A DNA stretch of 63,274 bases, the filler included, from Guillardia theta CCMP2712 (lineage: Eukaryota; Protista; Cryptophyta): NCBI RefSeq assembly GCF_000315625.1. It is 5 parts of 5 records of this genome, joined end to end, with 100 filler letters (N's around TTAATTAATTAA, not from the genome) between each part and the next. Parts side by side here need not be neighbours in the genome. Positions count along the whole stretch, not along the records: positions 31,422 to 52,562 come from NW_005434455.1; positions 52,663 to 59,881 come from NW_005434230.1; positions 59,982 to 63,274 come from NW_005434097.1; 2 more parts are not named here. One strand, written 5' to 3'. Shown here piece after piece: positions 35,716 to 60,856 of the stretch. Position 1 is the first letter of the stretch, and each line of letters begins with the position of its first letter. The notes beneath the pieces were generated by a model. The model did not search any database. It was not told the DNA's origin and saw only the letters and a program-made list of their open reading frames with translations. The translations under genes were made by a program, and so were the position numbers.

Positions 35716-38700
35716 TCAGGTAGAGCCATCAGGAACAGCAGCGGCGGCAGCCGTCTCCTGTGCAACAGTGCTCAGCGATAGAAGTTCGAGGGAAGAAAGG
35801 AGGAAGGGCTGGAGGGGAAAGGGAAGGCAGTAGCGGTAGGGGTTCTCACATTCTTCTCCTCCTCTCCCTTCTCTTGCTTGATCCCAACCTTGAATTCCTC
35901 CTTCACGTCCTTGTTCTCCTCCTTCACGTCCTTGTTCTCCTCCTTCACGTCCTTGTTCTCCTCCTTCACGCCCTTCTTCTCCTCCTTCACGTCCTTGTTC
36001 TCCTTCTTCACGTCCTTCTTCTCCTCCTTCACGCCCTTCTTCTCCTCCTTCACGTCCTTCTTCTCCTCGTCCTTGCTGCTGGTGGTTCCGAGGATCTTGT
36101 TCGACAGGGCCTGTAGAGAGTCAGCTGCAGCTGCAGCTGGGCCTGTCCTCCTCACCTGCAGCTCATACTTGGAGACGAATAAAGTGATCTGATGGGTTCC
36201 TCGCCAACCCTGCAAACGCATCTTTAGTTTCTACCTCTCTCCTCCTCCACCCTCTTCTTCCTCCCTCTTCTTCTCTTCTTCCTTCTCTCTCCCCCATTCT
36301 CCTCTCTTCTCATATTCTCCTCTCCCCTCCTCCTTTCTCCTCCTCCTCCTCTCTCCTCCCCTCCTCCTCCTCCTCCTCTCTCACCGCCATGAAGACAGTG
36401 TTGCTCCCCGTGTACTGCTCCGAGTTGAGCACGAGCAGGACGCATCCGCCCTGCATCCCCTCCATCTTCTCCTTCGCCCCGGGAGTTTGGAGGTCTGCCA
36501 TGAGCATGCAGCCTTTCTTGAGGAACACAGAGAAATCCTCCCTGCCATCCTCCATCAGCAGCGTTCCTCTCCCTCCCGCAGGACGGCAGACTCTATTCTC
36601 CTTCACTGTTTCTGCCTCCCTGATTGTCATTCTCCTTCTCTCTTGTCAGCTTTCTCCCCTCCCTCTCCTCCTCACTTTCTCCCCCCCGTCTCCTCTCTTC
36701 CTCCCCACTCATCCTCCTCCCCTCTTCTTCCGCCTTAGCTGTCCCCTCAACTTACTTGTCAACGTTCAAGACGCGCTTGGACATGTAGGGCATGAGGAAA
36801 GGAACGCCCTCCTGCCTCAACCTGTACTCGAAGATGTTCCCCTGCCCCTGGCTCAGTCCCGCGGGAGCAACTTTCACCACCTCCCACCTTGGCTGAGTTC
36901 CTCTCGAACATCTTGACCCCCGCATGCACCTGAGGACGAGGAGGGTGAGGAGAGTGGAAGGTAACCTGAGCTTGCTCACCGTGTGGAGCTGTCCCCTGAT
37001 GTCGGCGCCCAGCATCTGATGAGGTGTCAGGAGCGTGCGAGGGGAGGAAGGGGAGAGGAGACGACCTGTTTGACCTCCGCAGAGACGAAGTAGACCTTGT
37101 TTCCTGTCTCTGAGCTGCTGAAGAGCTGGGGGGCGGTCAGATGGAGCGGGAGAGGGTTACCTTCTACTGCACCTGATCAGCTGGAAAGTCTTCTTTGATG
37201 CCGTAGAACTCGCAGATGGAGTTGACGAGATTGTTGTCCTTGATAGGAACAAGGATCTCATACTTTCCTGTTGCCCGCATGTCAAAGTTTCACATCTCAA
37301 CTCTTCTCGCCAAGATGCTCTACCTTTCTTCTTGGGCTTCTCCGCAGCTTTGTCTTTCTCTGCTTCTTCTTCACAAGTCGTCATCTCCCCTCACTCAGGC
37401 AGGTCGTTTGTCTCACTCTGCTCTGGCTGATCCTTCGCCTCCTCTCCTCCGTTGTTCTCTGACTTGACTTCGGTCGCCTCGCTCTCCTTCCCTTCTTGCT
37501 GTTTGCAGGAGCATCACAACGAAGCTTGTTCCTCCAACCCTCCTCCTCCTCCTCCTCCTCCCTCACCTTCACCTCCTTCACTTCGCCTGCAGTCCCAGTC
37601 GTCTCTGTTAAGTCTCATCAGAGCAAAGCCTCGCAGTCGACCTCCCTCTCACTTGTATCCTCCGACACTGACACGCTCTCCACCTCCTTCTGCTTGCTCG
37701 GCGCCATGTGGTCAGCGGTTTTCCTCAGCTTGCAGATGAAGAAAGCTCCTGTGTTCTGGTCGTGCGGGAGAACGCGCATGCACCTCTGGCAGGTAAGTCA
37801 GGAGGAGGGAGGAGAGGCAACGGGTACTACCTCCAGGTGCAGGTCTGCTGCGTCCGCAGGAGGGAACATGGACTCGGGGAAGACCGACTTGAGGTTGGGA
37901 GGAACGTCCTCCAGGTTATACCTGTGAAGACGATGAAGGGAGGACGAGGAGGGAAGGAGGGGGAGGAGAGGAACGGAGAGAAGGAGAACAGGGAGATGGA
38001 AGGCAGTGGAAAGAAGGACACACAAGGAAGAGGAGGAAGGATGCGAGAACTAGGAGAGGGTTGACGAGAAGTAGAAGGGAGTTGAAGACCATTTGTTCTC
38101 TTCCTTGCGATCCTTCACCTTCCAGGTAAGAAGTCCAGGACGCCTCTTCAGCTCTGCACAAGAATCTTAATATCAATATCCTTTCTCTCCCCTTTTTTAA
38201 CCGTTCCCCTCTTCATTGCCTCCACCACAAAGAAATTCCTTCTCCCCCCTCCCCCTCGTCACCATCCATACAATTCCCATCCTCCTCCTGCCCCTCTCCT
38301 ATCTCTATCACGACCACCCTGACAAACCCTGCCATCTCCATCTCTTCCTCCACTCGCATCCTCCTCCTCATCGCCTCCTCTCTCTTCCTCCCTCCTCCTC
38401 CCTCGTCGCAGCTCAACGAGCCTCACCCGGGAGCTCGTGGGACACATCCTCCAGCTCCAGACAGTTCTTGAAGCGCTTCAGGACAGCAGAGACCACCGCC
38501 TCGTTCTCGATCGGATTCATGGAGCAGGTCGAGTACACCACGATCCCTCCTGCCTCGCAGAGCTCCACCGCACGCGTGCAGATCTGCAGCTGGGTCTTGT
38601 GCAGCCCCATAGCCTGTGCGGGAGTCCACTTCCTCCACACGTCCACGTTCTTCCTCATCGTCCCATCTCCTGTGCAGGGCACGTCGGCGAGGACTCTGTC

Positions 38701-39501
38701 GTACCTCAGCGGGACTTTTTTCCCGTCCTCCGACTTGGCCCACAGCATCGGGATCTTCTGCGCCTCATGGTTCATGACGAGGAGCGACGGGCTGTTGATG
38801 CGCTTCATCTGGTGGATCAACATGGAGCACCTGTCAAGATCCGCATCGTTGGCTATCACGATCCCCTTGGGCACTCCATTCGCCCCGCACTGAGCATGCA
38901 CGAACTCGAGGAGCTGGGAGGTCTTGGACCCAGGAGCCGCACACATGTCGAGCACACGGTGGTGGGGCTTCACATCCATGAGCAGAGGAGGGATCATGCT
39001 CACAGCCTCCTGCCTCGTCAGGTTCCCGGTCTCGGTCTCAGCGATGAGGTACTTGTGGAAGCGCTCCAGCACAGCCGTGCGCTTGATGGCCTTCTTGCTG
39101 ATGGACATTTGCCATGCCAGCTCCTGCGGGTACCAGGGGATCAGCTTTGGAGGCTGCAGCCTCTCGTCGTCTTCGTCCATCTCCACGTCCTCGACGTGCA
39201 GGTCGGTGAAGCGAGACTTGAGCTGCTCTCTGATCTCGTCGGCAAAGGTGCAGACGGGGGAGATGCGGAAAGTTGTCGGCAGCGTGTCGCGGCATGCCTT
39301 GAGGAAGTCTTCCCATTCGGACTCCGGCACAATGTTCTGCACCTTGTAGTAGTCCTCCATGCTCTTGTTCTGCTTCTCCAGCTCAGGCCAAGAGTTTCTG
39401 TCATCGAAACCTTCTCTCTTCTGTCTCTTGCCACCCCTGCCGCCCCTGCCGCCCCCCCTGCCGCCCCTTCCGCCCTTGCCTCCTCGTTGTCTTTTCCCCA
39501 T
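35716..39501 (-). CDS. NSUN2: tRNA (cytosine-5)-methyltransferase NSUN2/Trm4
   Basis: RQEAVSMIPP, VLDMCAAPGSKT, IANDAD, DRVLADVPCTGDGT, VYSTCSMNPIENEAVV; further exons lead to a stop at 35716-35718. Confidence 0.93.
35897..36070 (-). repeat. Coding 21-nt tandem repeat (KEE[K/N]K[D/G]V) in the NSUN2 tail
   Basis: About eight imperfect units visible in DNA and translation. Confidence 0.85.
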
Positions 39502-39811
39502 CCTGCAAGCCTGCGGGGCAAGAATCAGGACACGAGCGAGAGCAACAAAGAAAAATCATTATGATGGGATAGCAAAACCATCTCAGTGAGAATAGGAACA
39601 AACGATGAACCAGGAGCCACTCGACCCAATCTCAACACACCATTTTCTCCGGCTTCCAGGCCCACCACAAATGTTCACCTCTATCTACACTCCACCATCT
39701 GATTCTCTCTTCTCCGTCCCCCCTCTTCTCCTCTCTCTCCTCTCTCCTTCCCTCTCCTCGTCCTCGTCCTCTTCTCCCTCTCCCTCCCCCTTCCCCCGCA
39801 GAGCTCTGAGC

Positions 39812-41150
39812 ATGGCACGTGCGGCCGCATTGCGCAAGAAACGATTCGTTTCTATAATAACCGATGCAACGGGCGAGTCTACTACCCACCTCACACAGTA
39901 GTGGTCCAAATAGGGGTAGGGGTCATTCTCCACAAACTTTCTTGTTGGCGGGCAATGGCGGAGGATGCGCTGCAAGCCGCCATGGAGCTCCTAGACCGCA
40001 TGGAAGATTCGTACACAGAGCTAGTAAGAAAGCAAGAGCAACACAGACTTGTTGTGAAGAAGAGCAATCTCGACGAACAAAGACACCAGGTCACTGTGAG
40101 GGAGAATGCACAACTCAGAAAGCAATTGTCAATCGTCGCTTCAAAACTCAAGCTGGGATTGAAAGAGATCGAACGTTTGAGCAACCAGAATGCAGAAGTC
40201 AACAAACAGCTGATACAATCAGCGAATCAATGGTCGATACTGAATAGGAAATTAGAAGAGCAAGAAGCAGAGGTATTCAACTGTGCTCTTGATTTGTACG
40301 AGGTAATTTTGCTCTTTGTGATCAGATCGACGATCTCAAAAGCAAGCATGAAAAGGAGAAGGAAACCTTAACTTTTCAAAAAGATACAGAATGGCAGAAA
40401 AAAATCAACAAAGCATCTGATTCTTACGAGCTGAATGTTATATTTTTAATAGCGTTGGCCTTCAACATGAGTGATGATTCTGCAGATGAAACAAGCACAA
40501 GAAAAACATGCCAAGGAGCAAGCGAAGCTAAGATCAGAATACGAAGAAAGATTATTCTCAATTTCGTTGTCGAGAAGCAGCAACTCCAGGCATGCCATTG
40601 TACTGGTGTAAAGCAGAACCAACCTCAACTTGTTGCAGCACGATTTCCGAGGCATGTTTACAACAGAGACTCGGCGAGCTCAGAGAAAAACTGCAAGAGA
40701 GCGAAAGAGAAAAGGCAAAATTGCGAGATGAAATCAAGAATCTTGAAGCTCAAATCAATGTCCAGAATATCAGGACGGGCTTCCCGTACGGTGGACATTT
40801 TTGATACTACTCGAGAAACAAATCGCTTACTTCCCATCGCAGTTGCCCCGGAACGGAGTGCTAGCCAGAATGAGAACTTGACCACTAAGGGGATACCAGG
40901 AAAAGATAAGGTTGGGCCTCCTTTCAATCTTCATCTGCTCACATTAGCTACAAGCCGACGAACAACTGTAACTCCAAATCGAAAAGAACCCGAAGCTCTA
41001 CCAAGCAGAGGCCATGCGACTCTCCATCTGCATCTAAAAGACAGAAGTTAAAGTTGATACTTTGCCTTTCTTTTTTGGTTAGACTTTTCTCAACTTGCAA
41101 TCAGGTTTGTTAAGGGACAGGACGACGGTGATCCTTTCTCGTACAATTGA
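39812..41150 (+). CDS. Hypothetical coiled-coil protein, divergent from NSUN2; start uncertain
   Basis: Heptad-rich exons (AMELLDRMEDSYTELVRKQ.., LREKLQESEREKAKLRDEIKNLEAQ) with short introns. Confidence 0.55.
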
Positions 41151-41254
41151 CAAGCAATTGTTCCAGCCATCGGTTTGCACCGTTAGCTTTTCGTGCTATA
41201 TGAAGATAGTCAAAACAAGGCTTTCTAAGTCCGTTTACGAAAAAACATTTGATC

Positions 41255-43505
<2,251 letters not shown>

Positions 43506-44444
43506 CTTCAAAGATAAAGTCAACGGATGCCAATCACATTGCAGCTTAGCATTCACTCTTGTGTTTTGAACATTGACTTCAATCTCGGAAAGTATAGCCG
43601 ATACATCTCTTCGAACCATCTCCATCCCTCGTGCCCTTTCTATCAAAAACTCTTTTCCCCTCCCCTCCTGATCCATTTTCCTAGTTTCTACCAACTTCAA
43701 CCTGCATTCCATTCATCGGTCGTTGTGATCATCCATGATCTATAGTTCGCTCATTTCCTCCCCTCCCTCTCCTCCCCCTCCCCGCTCTTCTTTCCTCCCA
43801 CAACTTGTCTGCATGGTTTGCAGGCCCCGTATAACCCCACCCCCCTTCCTCTACCCACCCCATGTTCAAAGTACCCCTCATTTTCTCTCTGACTACCCCC
43901 ATCTTTTCCGTATGATACTACCTCACACTTTTATGCCACCTCACCACCCTACCCCTTCTGATACCTTCTAAGTACCCCTGATTTCCCCTAGACTATACCC
44001 CACCCTTCAAATCTGTCCCTACCCCACTGTTCCCCATCCAGTACCCCCCGATTTTCCATCAGATTTTTAGGACCCCCTGACAATACGTTTCTTCCACCTT
44101 ACCCCACCCCCTCCTATATCGATTTCGGGTCAGAGTACCCCTATATTTCAGCCGTAAATCACCCCTGAGAAAAGGAGGGGTACACCACCCTGCCGACCAT
44201 ATAAGAGAAAGAATGTAGGGAAAGTGAAGCAACGACATGGGAGGCAGAGGGCGAGGAGGAGGAGGGAGGGAGGGAGGGAGGGGAGAGGTGGAATGGGAAA
44301 GATGGTGGAAGGAAGGGAGAGAGAAGGAGAGCGAGCAAGAGCGACAGGCACATAGAGGAGGAGGGAGGAGGAGCATGGAAGCCGACTGAGCTCAAAAAGT
44401 TTGTTTTGCGATCTTCTTGCGTTTGACTTCGGTTCTTTCAGAGC

Positions 44445-46764
<2,320 letters not shown>

Positions 46765-46799
46765 GGACGATGTTATTGAATATGTAAAGCTTCCGTGAA

Positions 46800-47811
46800 A
46801 GCTACTTCTCCTCCTCCTCCCTTCTCTTCTCCTCTCCTCCTCCCTGCTCTCATTCATTCTCTCCTTCTCATCCCCCTTGGCCTGTCCCGTTCAAGTGCGG
46901 CTCACTTGCAGGTGAAGTCTCCCTCCTGTCCTCTTCTCTCCTCGCTTCCACGTCCTCCAGCAGTTCGCGATACCCGGCGGTGACCGCCAGCTCCTGCTAG
47001 CACGTGAATCTCGAGCCGCAACCCTCCAGTCGACTCGCCCCTCTAGTCCACTGCTCTCTTCCTCCCTGCCCTGCCCTGCCCTCCCCGCTCTCCCTTCCTC
47101 CTCTCCCCTCCTCTCCCCTCCTCTCCCCTCCCCGCTCTGCCTTCCTCCTCTCCCTCCCCTCCCCTCCCCCCTCTCCCTCCCTCCTCTCCTCACCTGCATG
47201 GAGATCTTGTACGCTGCTCTCATTCGCTCGCTGCAGGCTCGGAGCAGGAGGGAGACACTCTCGCTGTCCTGTAGGACCGTCGCTACTGGCAGAGCCCACG
47301 AGAGCACCTGCAAGCTCGCCATAGTAAATGAAACGCGCCTCCCTCCTGCCTCCCTCCTCCTGCCTCCTGCTGCCTGCTGCTGCCTGCAGCCTCCTTCCTT
47401 TCTTCAAACTTCATTCCTCCCGGCTCCCTTCTCCCCTTCCTTTCCCTCCTCTTCCCTTCTTCTCCCTCTCACTCCTCCTCTTCCTCGTCTCTCACCTCCC
47501 ACTGCTGCAGCCGCTCAAGGAGGTGCGACAGCAACTTCCATGTCCGCCCGTCTCCCAGAAACCTGCGACAACCTCAAACGAAGAGAAAAAATGCTCCTCC
47601 TTCTACTCCTCCTCCTCCTCCTCCTCCTCCTCCTCGTTCTCTTCCTCCTTCTCTTTTCACCCCTCACCTTCTTCCTTGCTTGGAGTTGTCGGGCTGCCCG
47701 AGCGAAATCAAGCTCGACGAGAGAGCTGGAACAGGAAGCAGAAACTGAATCAAGACGTCAGCAAGAGACAGATCAAGTTGTGATGGGGGAAGCATGATGA
47801 TGATGATGATA

Positions 47812-47850
<39 letters not shown>

Positions 47851-48397
47851 TTGTTGTTGTTCATGATGATGATGTTGATGATGATGGTGGTGATAATGTT
47901 GATGACGATGATGATGTTGTTCTTGATGATGTTGATGATGATGATGATGATGATCATGATCATGATGAGGAGGAGGAGGACGGGGAATGAGAGGCAGGAC
48001 GAGGAAGGTGCGGAGGGACTGAAAGAGGGCAGGAGCAGTAGGGCACCTGTTTGTGAAGAGTCCTGACTGAGGAGGCGAAGTCACCCGAGACGATCTTCAT
48101 GTCTTGGACATCCTTCTTGGTGACGAGCAGCTGGGTGAGGTGAGAATCAGCTGGTGAGCAGCTGGCGTTTCCTCCTCGCTCTACCTCGAGCTTGTCGCTG
48201 GTCACCAGGTAGAGAAGCTGCGCGACGGAGTAAAGCTGAGAGGTGGCGAAGAGACTGGCAAGATGCGACCTGAGGAATCATGAGGAGGAGGAGGAGGAGG
48301 GGGAGGAAAAGGAGGCGGAGGCGGAGGCGGAGGCGGCGGCGGAGAAGGAGGAGGAACAGGAGGAGGAGGAACAGGAGGAGGAGGAACAGGAGGAGGA

Positions 48398-48428
<31 letters not shown>

Positions 48429-51400
48429 TTAGAAAAGAACTCGATGCTGCATGGTGGTCCCATCGCCAACGGCATCGAGTCCAGGGGAAGGGCGCATGCC
48501 GAAGAAGATCCCGACGCTCCTAGGAGAAGAATAATCATGCCTTCATTCCTCCTCCTCCTCCTCCTCTCCGTCTCGCTTCACCTGCTCGTCTCGAACTTCA
48601 CTTCCCGCTCGATCGCTTCCTTCGCTCGCTCCAAAAAGTCTGCGTGCCTTTCATGTCCTGCCCTCTGCCCCTCCCCTGCCTCCTCCTCCTCCTACCGATC
48701 AACTCTGCCGTCAGCTGATGCTCGCGAGCGTGTAAGGAAGCTTGAAGTACAGGATGGCCATGACGTAGAGCTGCTGCTGGACCAGACCGCGCCTGAAGTG
48801 ACGGAGAGGTGAGAGGAGAGAAGAAGGGAGAGATAAGGAGAGATAAAGCGGGAGGAGGGAGGAGGGAGGAGAGAGGAGGGAGGAGGGAGGAGGGAGGAGG
48901 GAGGAGGGAGGAGGGAGGAGGGAGGAAGAAGAGGAGAGAGATAAGGAGCGATGAATAAGGAGTAGATTAGCAGAAAACAGAGGAGGCAACGTACCTGGAT
49001 GATGGCGAGAAAGTGTCCAGCGACTCGAGGACGAGCTGGGAGACAGTCGTTGAGCAGACGCTCGGGATCGTTGCCGGCAGGAAAGAGAAAAGGCCAGAGC
49101 TTCATTTCCACCTGCAGCAACAGAAGGAGGAAGAGGGAGGAAGAGAGAGGAAGAGGGAGGAAGAGGGAGGAAGAGGGAAGGAGCAGGCAGGAGGAGATAT
49201 CAGAGGTGTAAGAGAGCAGGCAAGTCCTTGACCTTCCTCGCACAGCCGGCAACCGCGTCATGATAGACGGGAAGGGAGCGAAGGAGTGAGAGTACGTCTG
49301 CTACCTTCACCCCCTGCCGCAATTGTCAGTGTGAGCAGAACAACACGAGGAGATCAGAAGTGAGGAGAGGGGAGGAGGAAGAGGGGGAGGAGGAAGGGGA
49401 GGGATGAAGATAAGAAGAGAGGGAGAAAGAGGGGATGGGAAGGAGAGACGGGAAGGAGGCGGAGGAGGAGGAGAAGAAGAGAGGAGGAGGAGGAGGAGGA
49501 GAAGAAGAAGAGAGGAGGAGGAGGAGGGAGAGGAGGAGGAGAGAGGAGAGGAGAGAGGAGGACCGGGATCGGGCGGCGCTGGGACTCGCGGTCGAGGGCG
49601 AGGAAGAGGAGGAGCTCGGCGGAGTAGGGCCAGTGCTTGGAGTGGGAGATAAGGCTGATGGTTTTGACTGCCGCCGCTGCCCCGAACTTGGCGAGGACAT
49701 GGCCGACGACGAGGTGGAGGAGAGGATGCGTGAGAACGGACACCCCCCCAGCTAGCGAGACGGCCTGCTGGCATGCTGCCAGCGACGCTCTTCCTGCTCG
49801 TCCTCCTCCCAGTGTGAGCCGGGAGACGACCGGAGAGGCGGCAATGATGTGGGTGGAGCAGCGGGAGGTCCCGAGAGGAAGGGAGTCGAGGCCGAGGGGG
49901 AGGACAGGGGAGGAGCCCAGGAAGTTGAGCATGGGCTCCCATCGCATCCTTCCTGAGGCGCCGCTGCCGCAGGTCAGGAGGAGGACGAGGATTCCTCTCT
50001 TAGTGGCCAGCCAGAGCTCGAGAAAGCTGCGAGAAAGTGAGAAGAACGGAAGGAGGAAGCAGCATGCGAGCGCCGGTCTGAAGCAGAAGCAGGAAGGAGG
50101 GGGGCGAGGGGGCGGATAGCATCAAGTGGAGGAGAAAACGAGGACGAAGAGTAGAAGGGAGGGAGGAGGGAATGGCGAGAAGTAGGTAAAGTAGGGAGGG
50201 AAGAGGGCGAGGGAGGAGGAGATGGGGAGAAGAACAGGGAGGAGTACCATGACGGGATCAATCGCGATCTTGTGACCCAAAAATCGTCAACCTCCGTGGC
50301 CAGCACCTCCAGTTCTACGTTGTCCTCCTCCTGCACTACCGCCAGATCCCCGTTGACGAAGTGGAGGAGGCAGGCAAGTCGGCCGGTCCCCTGGTCCTGC
50401 TCCTGCAGCTCCTGCTCCTGCCTCCCGTCCGAGGGTACCGGAGCATCGCCGCCCTCGAGGTCGAAGAGTGAGATGGACTCGGGGTGTACAGCCCAGCTGA
50501 GCTTGCTGCTGCTGGTCTTGTGGAAGGAGGCAGACCTTGTCCTGCCCGTCACGTCCTCCTCCAGACCAAGGAAGGACCAGAAACTTCCGGCGCCGCCCGA
50601 GCCCAAGGAAGAGAGGAGAGGATGGGTATGGTCCCTGACGCTGACGCGGTACCAGTGCAGACACCTGCTGCCTCTCAGCTGGGAGGCACTTGGGGAGGAA
50701 GGGAGGGAGAAGGAGTAAGGTGGAGGATTGGGCAAGAGGAAGGAGCACAGTGGAGAAGGAAAATGGAATCAGAAGAGGAAGGAGGAGGGGGGGGGGGGGG
50801 AGGAGGCGAGGTGGTGGTGGTGGTGGAGGAGGAGGAGGAGGAAACCAACCTTGACTCGTCCATGACCACGAGCGCATCTTTATGGCAGTCAACAGCCAGC
50901 GGCTTTCTGTCTAGGGGGATGCGGAGAATGATCGAGAGGAAGTCCAGCCTGCAAGGACGTGATGAGCCTGACATAGCAACGTTCGGCGGCGGCAGTGGCA
51001 GTGGCAGGAGGGGAGGGACGAGAAGAGGGACATTGAGAGGAAGGAGGAGAGGGAGGGGGGGAGAGCGGGGAAGGAGGAACGGAGGAGGAGAGATGTAGCA
51101 GCAGCAGCAGCAGCAGAAGGAGATAACTCTTACCTCTCTCGCGAGAAGAGTAGGATCTCATAGGAGGACTCTGAGCTGCTCGAGCTCGTGGCGGCTCCTG
51201 GCGTCTCGTTGAGGAAGAGGATGCAGTGCTGGAGCCACAAGAGCCCAGCACACAGCAGCGAGTACTCCTGCCGTGCTCACGTCACCCTCCCCCTCCTCAC
51301 ACGCCTCCCACCTGGTGCACGTCGCCGAACAGCCGCCAGCGCGACAGGATGCGATCGAAGACACAGAAGCCTCGAGTGCAAGACACGGCGAGGAAGCGCT

Positions 51401-52480
51401 CGGACTCGTCCATAGCCGCGTGAGTGACGCTTCCCCGCTCGTCGGTGTAGGCGTCAGGGAGGAGGATGTGTAACCACCCCTCTCCACCTAGCGAGGTCGG
51501 CAGCCCCCCCAGAGGATCGTCGGCGTTGTAACTTTCCGCCCCCTTGGCGAGGGACGAGATCTCCGTGCGCAGAACAAGCAGGCGATCTTCGCCCTGGAGG
51601 ACCGAGCGGTCTGATCCGACTCTGCTTCCTCCTCCACTGCTCCTACTCCGCGTGTTGAAGGAGGGGCGCACAAGCGACAGCTCGTAGATGTACCCGTCGG
51701 ACCCTCTTGAAACAAGCAGCTTGTACCCGTCCCCGCTCCAGCACACTGCCCCATTCTCTCCCTCATGCAGGTCCTCCTGCGCAGCGGAGAGGGCAGGGAC
51801 CATCACTCGATGCCCCTCCGCCTCCTCCCCAGCAGGTCGGAGAGCTGTTCCCGTGCAGCTCCCGGAGAAGGACCAGAGCTTGAGGTAGTTCCCGGTCCTC
51901 TTTCCTCCTGCATACAGGCACGCCAGGGTACTGCAACCGCTATCCCACGCCATGGCCGTCACTGCGCAGCCCTGCATCCCTCCCTGAGCCTCTGCGAGCA
52001 TCTCTCCGAGCGGCTCCACCCTCAGCTGATCACCAGATGGGCTCTGCTGGACGTTGAACGACAACACGGTGCCCCTCCTCGTCCCCACATAGACCCAGCA
52101 TGACAGGGGGGAGTGCTCTTGCCGAAGGCTACGCAGGAGCTGTCGGTGGGAGAGAGCGTCTGCTTGCAGCAGAGAGTCCTCCTGCCCTCCTCCTCCTGTT
52201 GACCGTCATCGCCCTTTTCAAAGCGCAACCAGCTGAAACGAGATCGAGTCTCCTCCATCTGCTCAGGCGCCTGGGCGACTGCTGACGATCCCTCTTTCTG
52301 CACGAAGGCGTAGAGACCATTCTTGAGGTTTGAACAGATCTGCTTCATTGCCGTCGGAAGAGATGTTTCGACCTCTGACATGTCGATGGTCACTACTGCT
52401 CTCGTTACCTCCTCTTCCTCCTCCACGTTGAGATGTTGTCTTTTCTCCTGCTGAATTCTGGTCTCTTCCTTCACTCCTGT
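46800..52480 (-). CDS. RIC1: RIC1 (Rab6/Ypt6 GEF subunit) homolog, 5' partial; ends approximate
   Basis: FLAVSCTRGFCVFDRILSRWRLFGDVHQ, HPLLHLVVGHVL, HWPYSAELLL and VEMKLWPFLF..PERLLNDCL match RIC1 blocks from memory. Confidence 0.75.
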
Positions 52481-52562
52481 ATACCCTCGTTATCAGCATC
52501 CAAAAAGGCGCATTGACTTCTCCTCTTACAACCCTAAAGTTTCATCCCCCCCCCCCCCCCGC

Positions 52563-52662
52563 NNNNNNNNNNNNNNNNNNNNNNNNNNNNNNNNNNNNNN
52601 NNNNNNTTAATTAATTAANNNNNNNNNNNNNNNNNNNNNNNNNNNNNNNNNNNNNNNNNNNN
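52563..52662. other. Artificial contig linker
   Basis: TTAATTAATTAA at 52607-52618 in Ns. Confidence 0.97.
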
Positions 52663-59640
<6,978 letters not shown>

Positions 59641-59881
59641 GTAAGATCGAAGAAACCTTTCCCCTCGCTCTTCTGCTCCTCTGGCTCCCCCCGCTCCCTC
59701 TTCCCCTTTCCCCCCTTTGCCCTCCCGTCCCCCCCGCTCCCCCCCTCCATCGCCCTGTTGTCCTTTCCCTCTCCATGTTTCTCTCTATCCCCCCGCTACC
59801 TCGCTCTCCCCGCCATCTCTCCCTGTTCTCTCCATCGCACTCTCCCCTCCCTTCACCTCTCCTCTCCTCTTCTCTCCTCTC

Positions 59882-59981
59882 NNNNNNNNNNNNNNNNNNN
59901 NNNNNNNNNNNNNNNNNNNNNNNNNTTAATTAATTAANNNNNNNNNNNNNNNNNNNNNNNNNNNNNNNNNNNNNNNNNNNN
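59882..59981. other. Artificial contig linker
   Basis: TTAATTAATTAA at 59926-59937 in Ns. Confidence 0.97.
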
Positions 59982-60856
59982 TAAATTGGAGACAGACTTG
60001 ACATGAATCAAGCAATGCTTGGCTGGTGCAAGCCTCTNNNNNNNNNNNNNNNNNNNNNNNNNNNNNNNNNNNNNNNNNNNNNNNNNNNNNNNNNNNNNNN
60101 NNNNNNNNNNNNNNNNNNNNNNNNNNNNNNNNNNNNNGTTTGAAAGTCGAATGCCTGTGCTGTCATGCTGAACCATCTGTACAGTGCTATCTGTATCCAA
60201 GGCATCATAGAACCTGGAAGGAAAGATCCCTTACTGCATGCTCTCCATCCTTAGTCAGTATTCATGCCGCTAACAAATGAGGAAACACAACCATCATGGA
60301 CATCTTGGTGTTTTACCGACATCGCATGCAGCGCAATTGCCATTCACGATATGTCGAACAGTTCCAAGAAAGAGATAAAAACAAAATTTAAAACTCTAAA
60401 ACTGAAGGTCAAAGTACTAAATATCAGTCAATTTTTAGGTTCTTTCTACCCTGCTTTCAAGCTATCTTGCATCCTTTCATGACAGCATTTCTCCTAAAAC
60501 GGACGTCGGATTCAAATCAGCACGAAGGTCAAGGTCAAGGTTAGGTCAACCCATAAGCCCCCTACTGAGTCGGTGAGCTTTACCGATCTCGACTCTCGGC
60601 TGAGTCCTTGGCCGGAGACTCGGAGGAAGCGGCCGGCCGTGACTCGGAGTACTCCGGAGGGCCCGGCGGTGTTTCAGTAGACTGAGATGATAACAAGATC
60701 GGACTGTGACGGCCGGGCGCGGCCGCTCAAGGGCGGGCCCGGAGTCTACAGCTGAGGTGGCAGCTCTGCCAAAAGCTCTTAAACTGTGGCTACACGCCTC
60801 TCTCTCATCGGTTTCCTCGGTCAATGCAATTCGATGTCAGAACTTGTGACCGTATC

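Noticed and set aside
52106-52111. Apparent frameshift in RIC1 (programmed frameshift or pseudogene)
   Set aside because: Falls on a G6 homopolymer; one extra base restores the frame, so a sequencing error or missed intron is more likely.
59982-60480. AT-richer fragment with short ORFs
   Set aside because: Gapped, with no recognisable motif or consistent exon chain.
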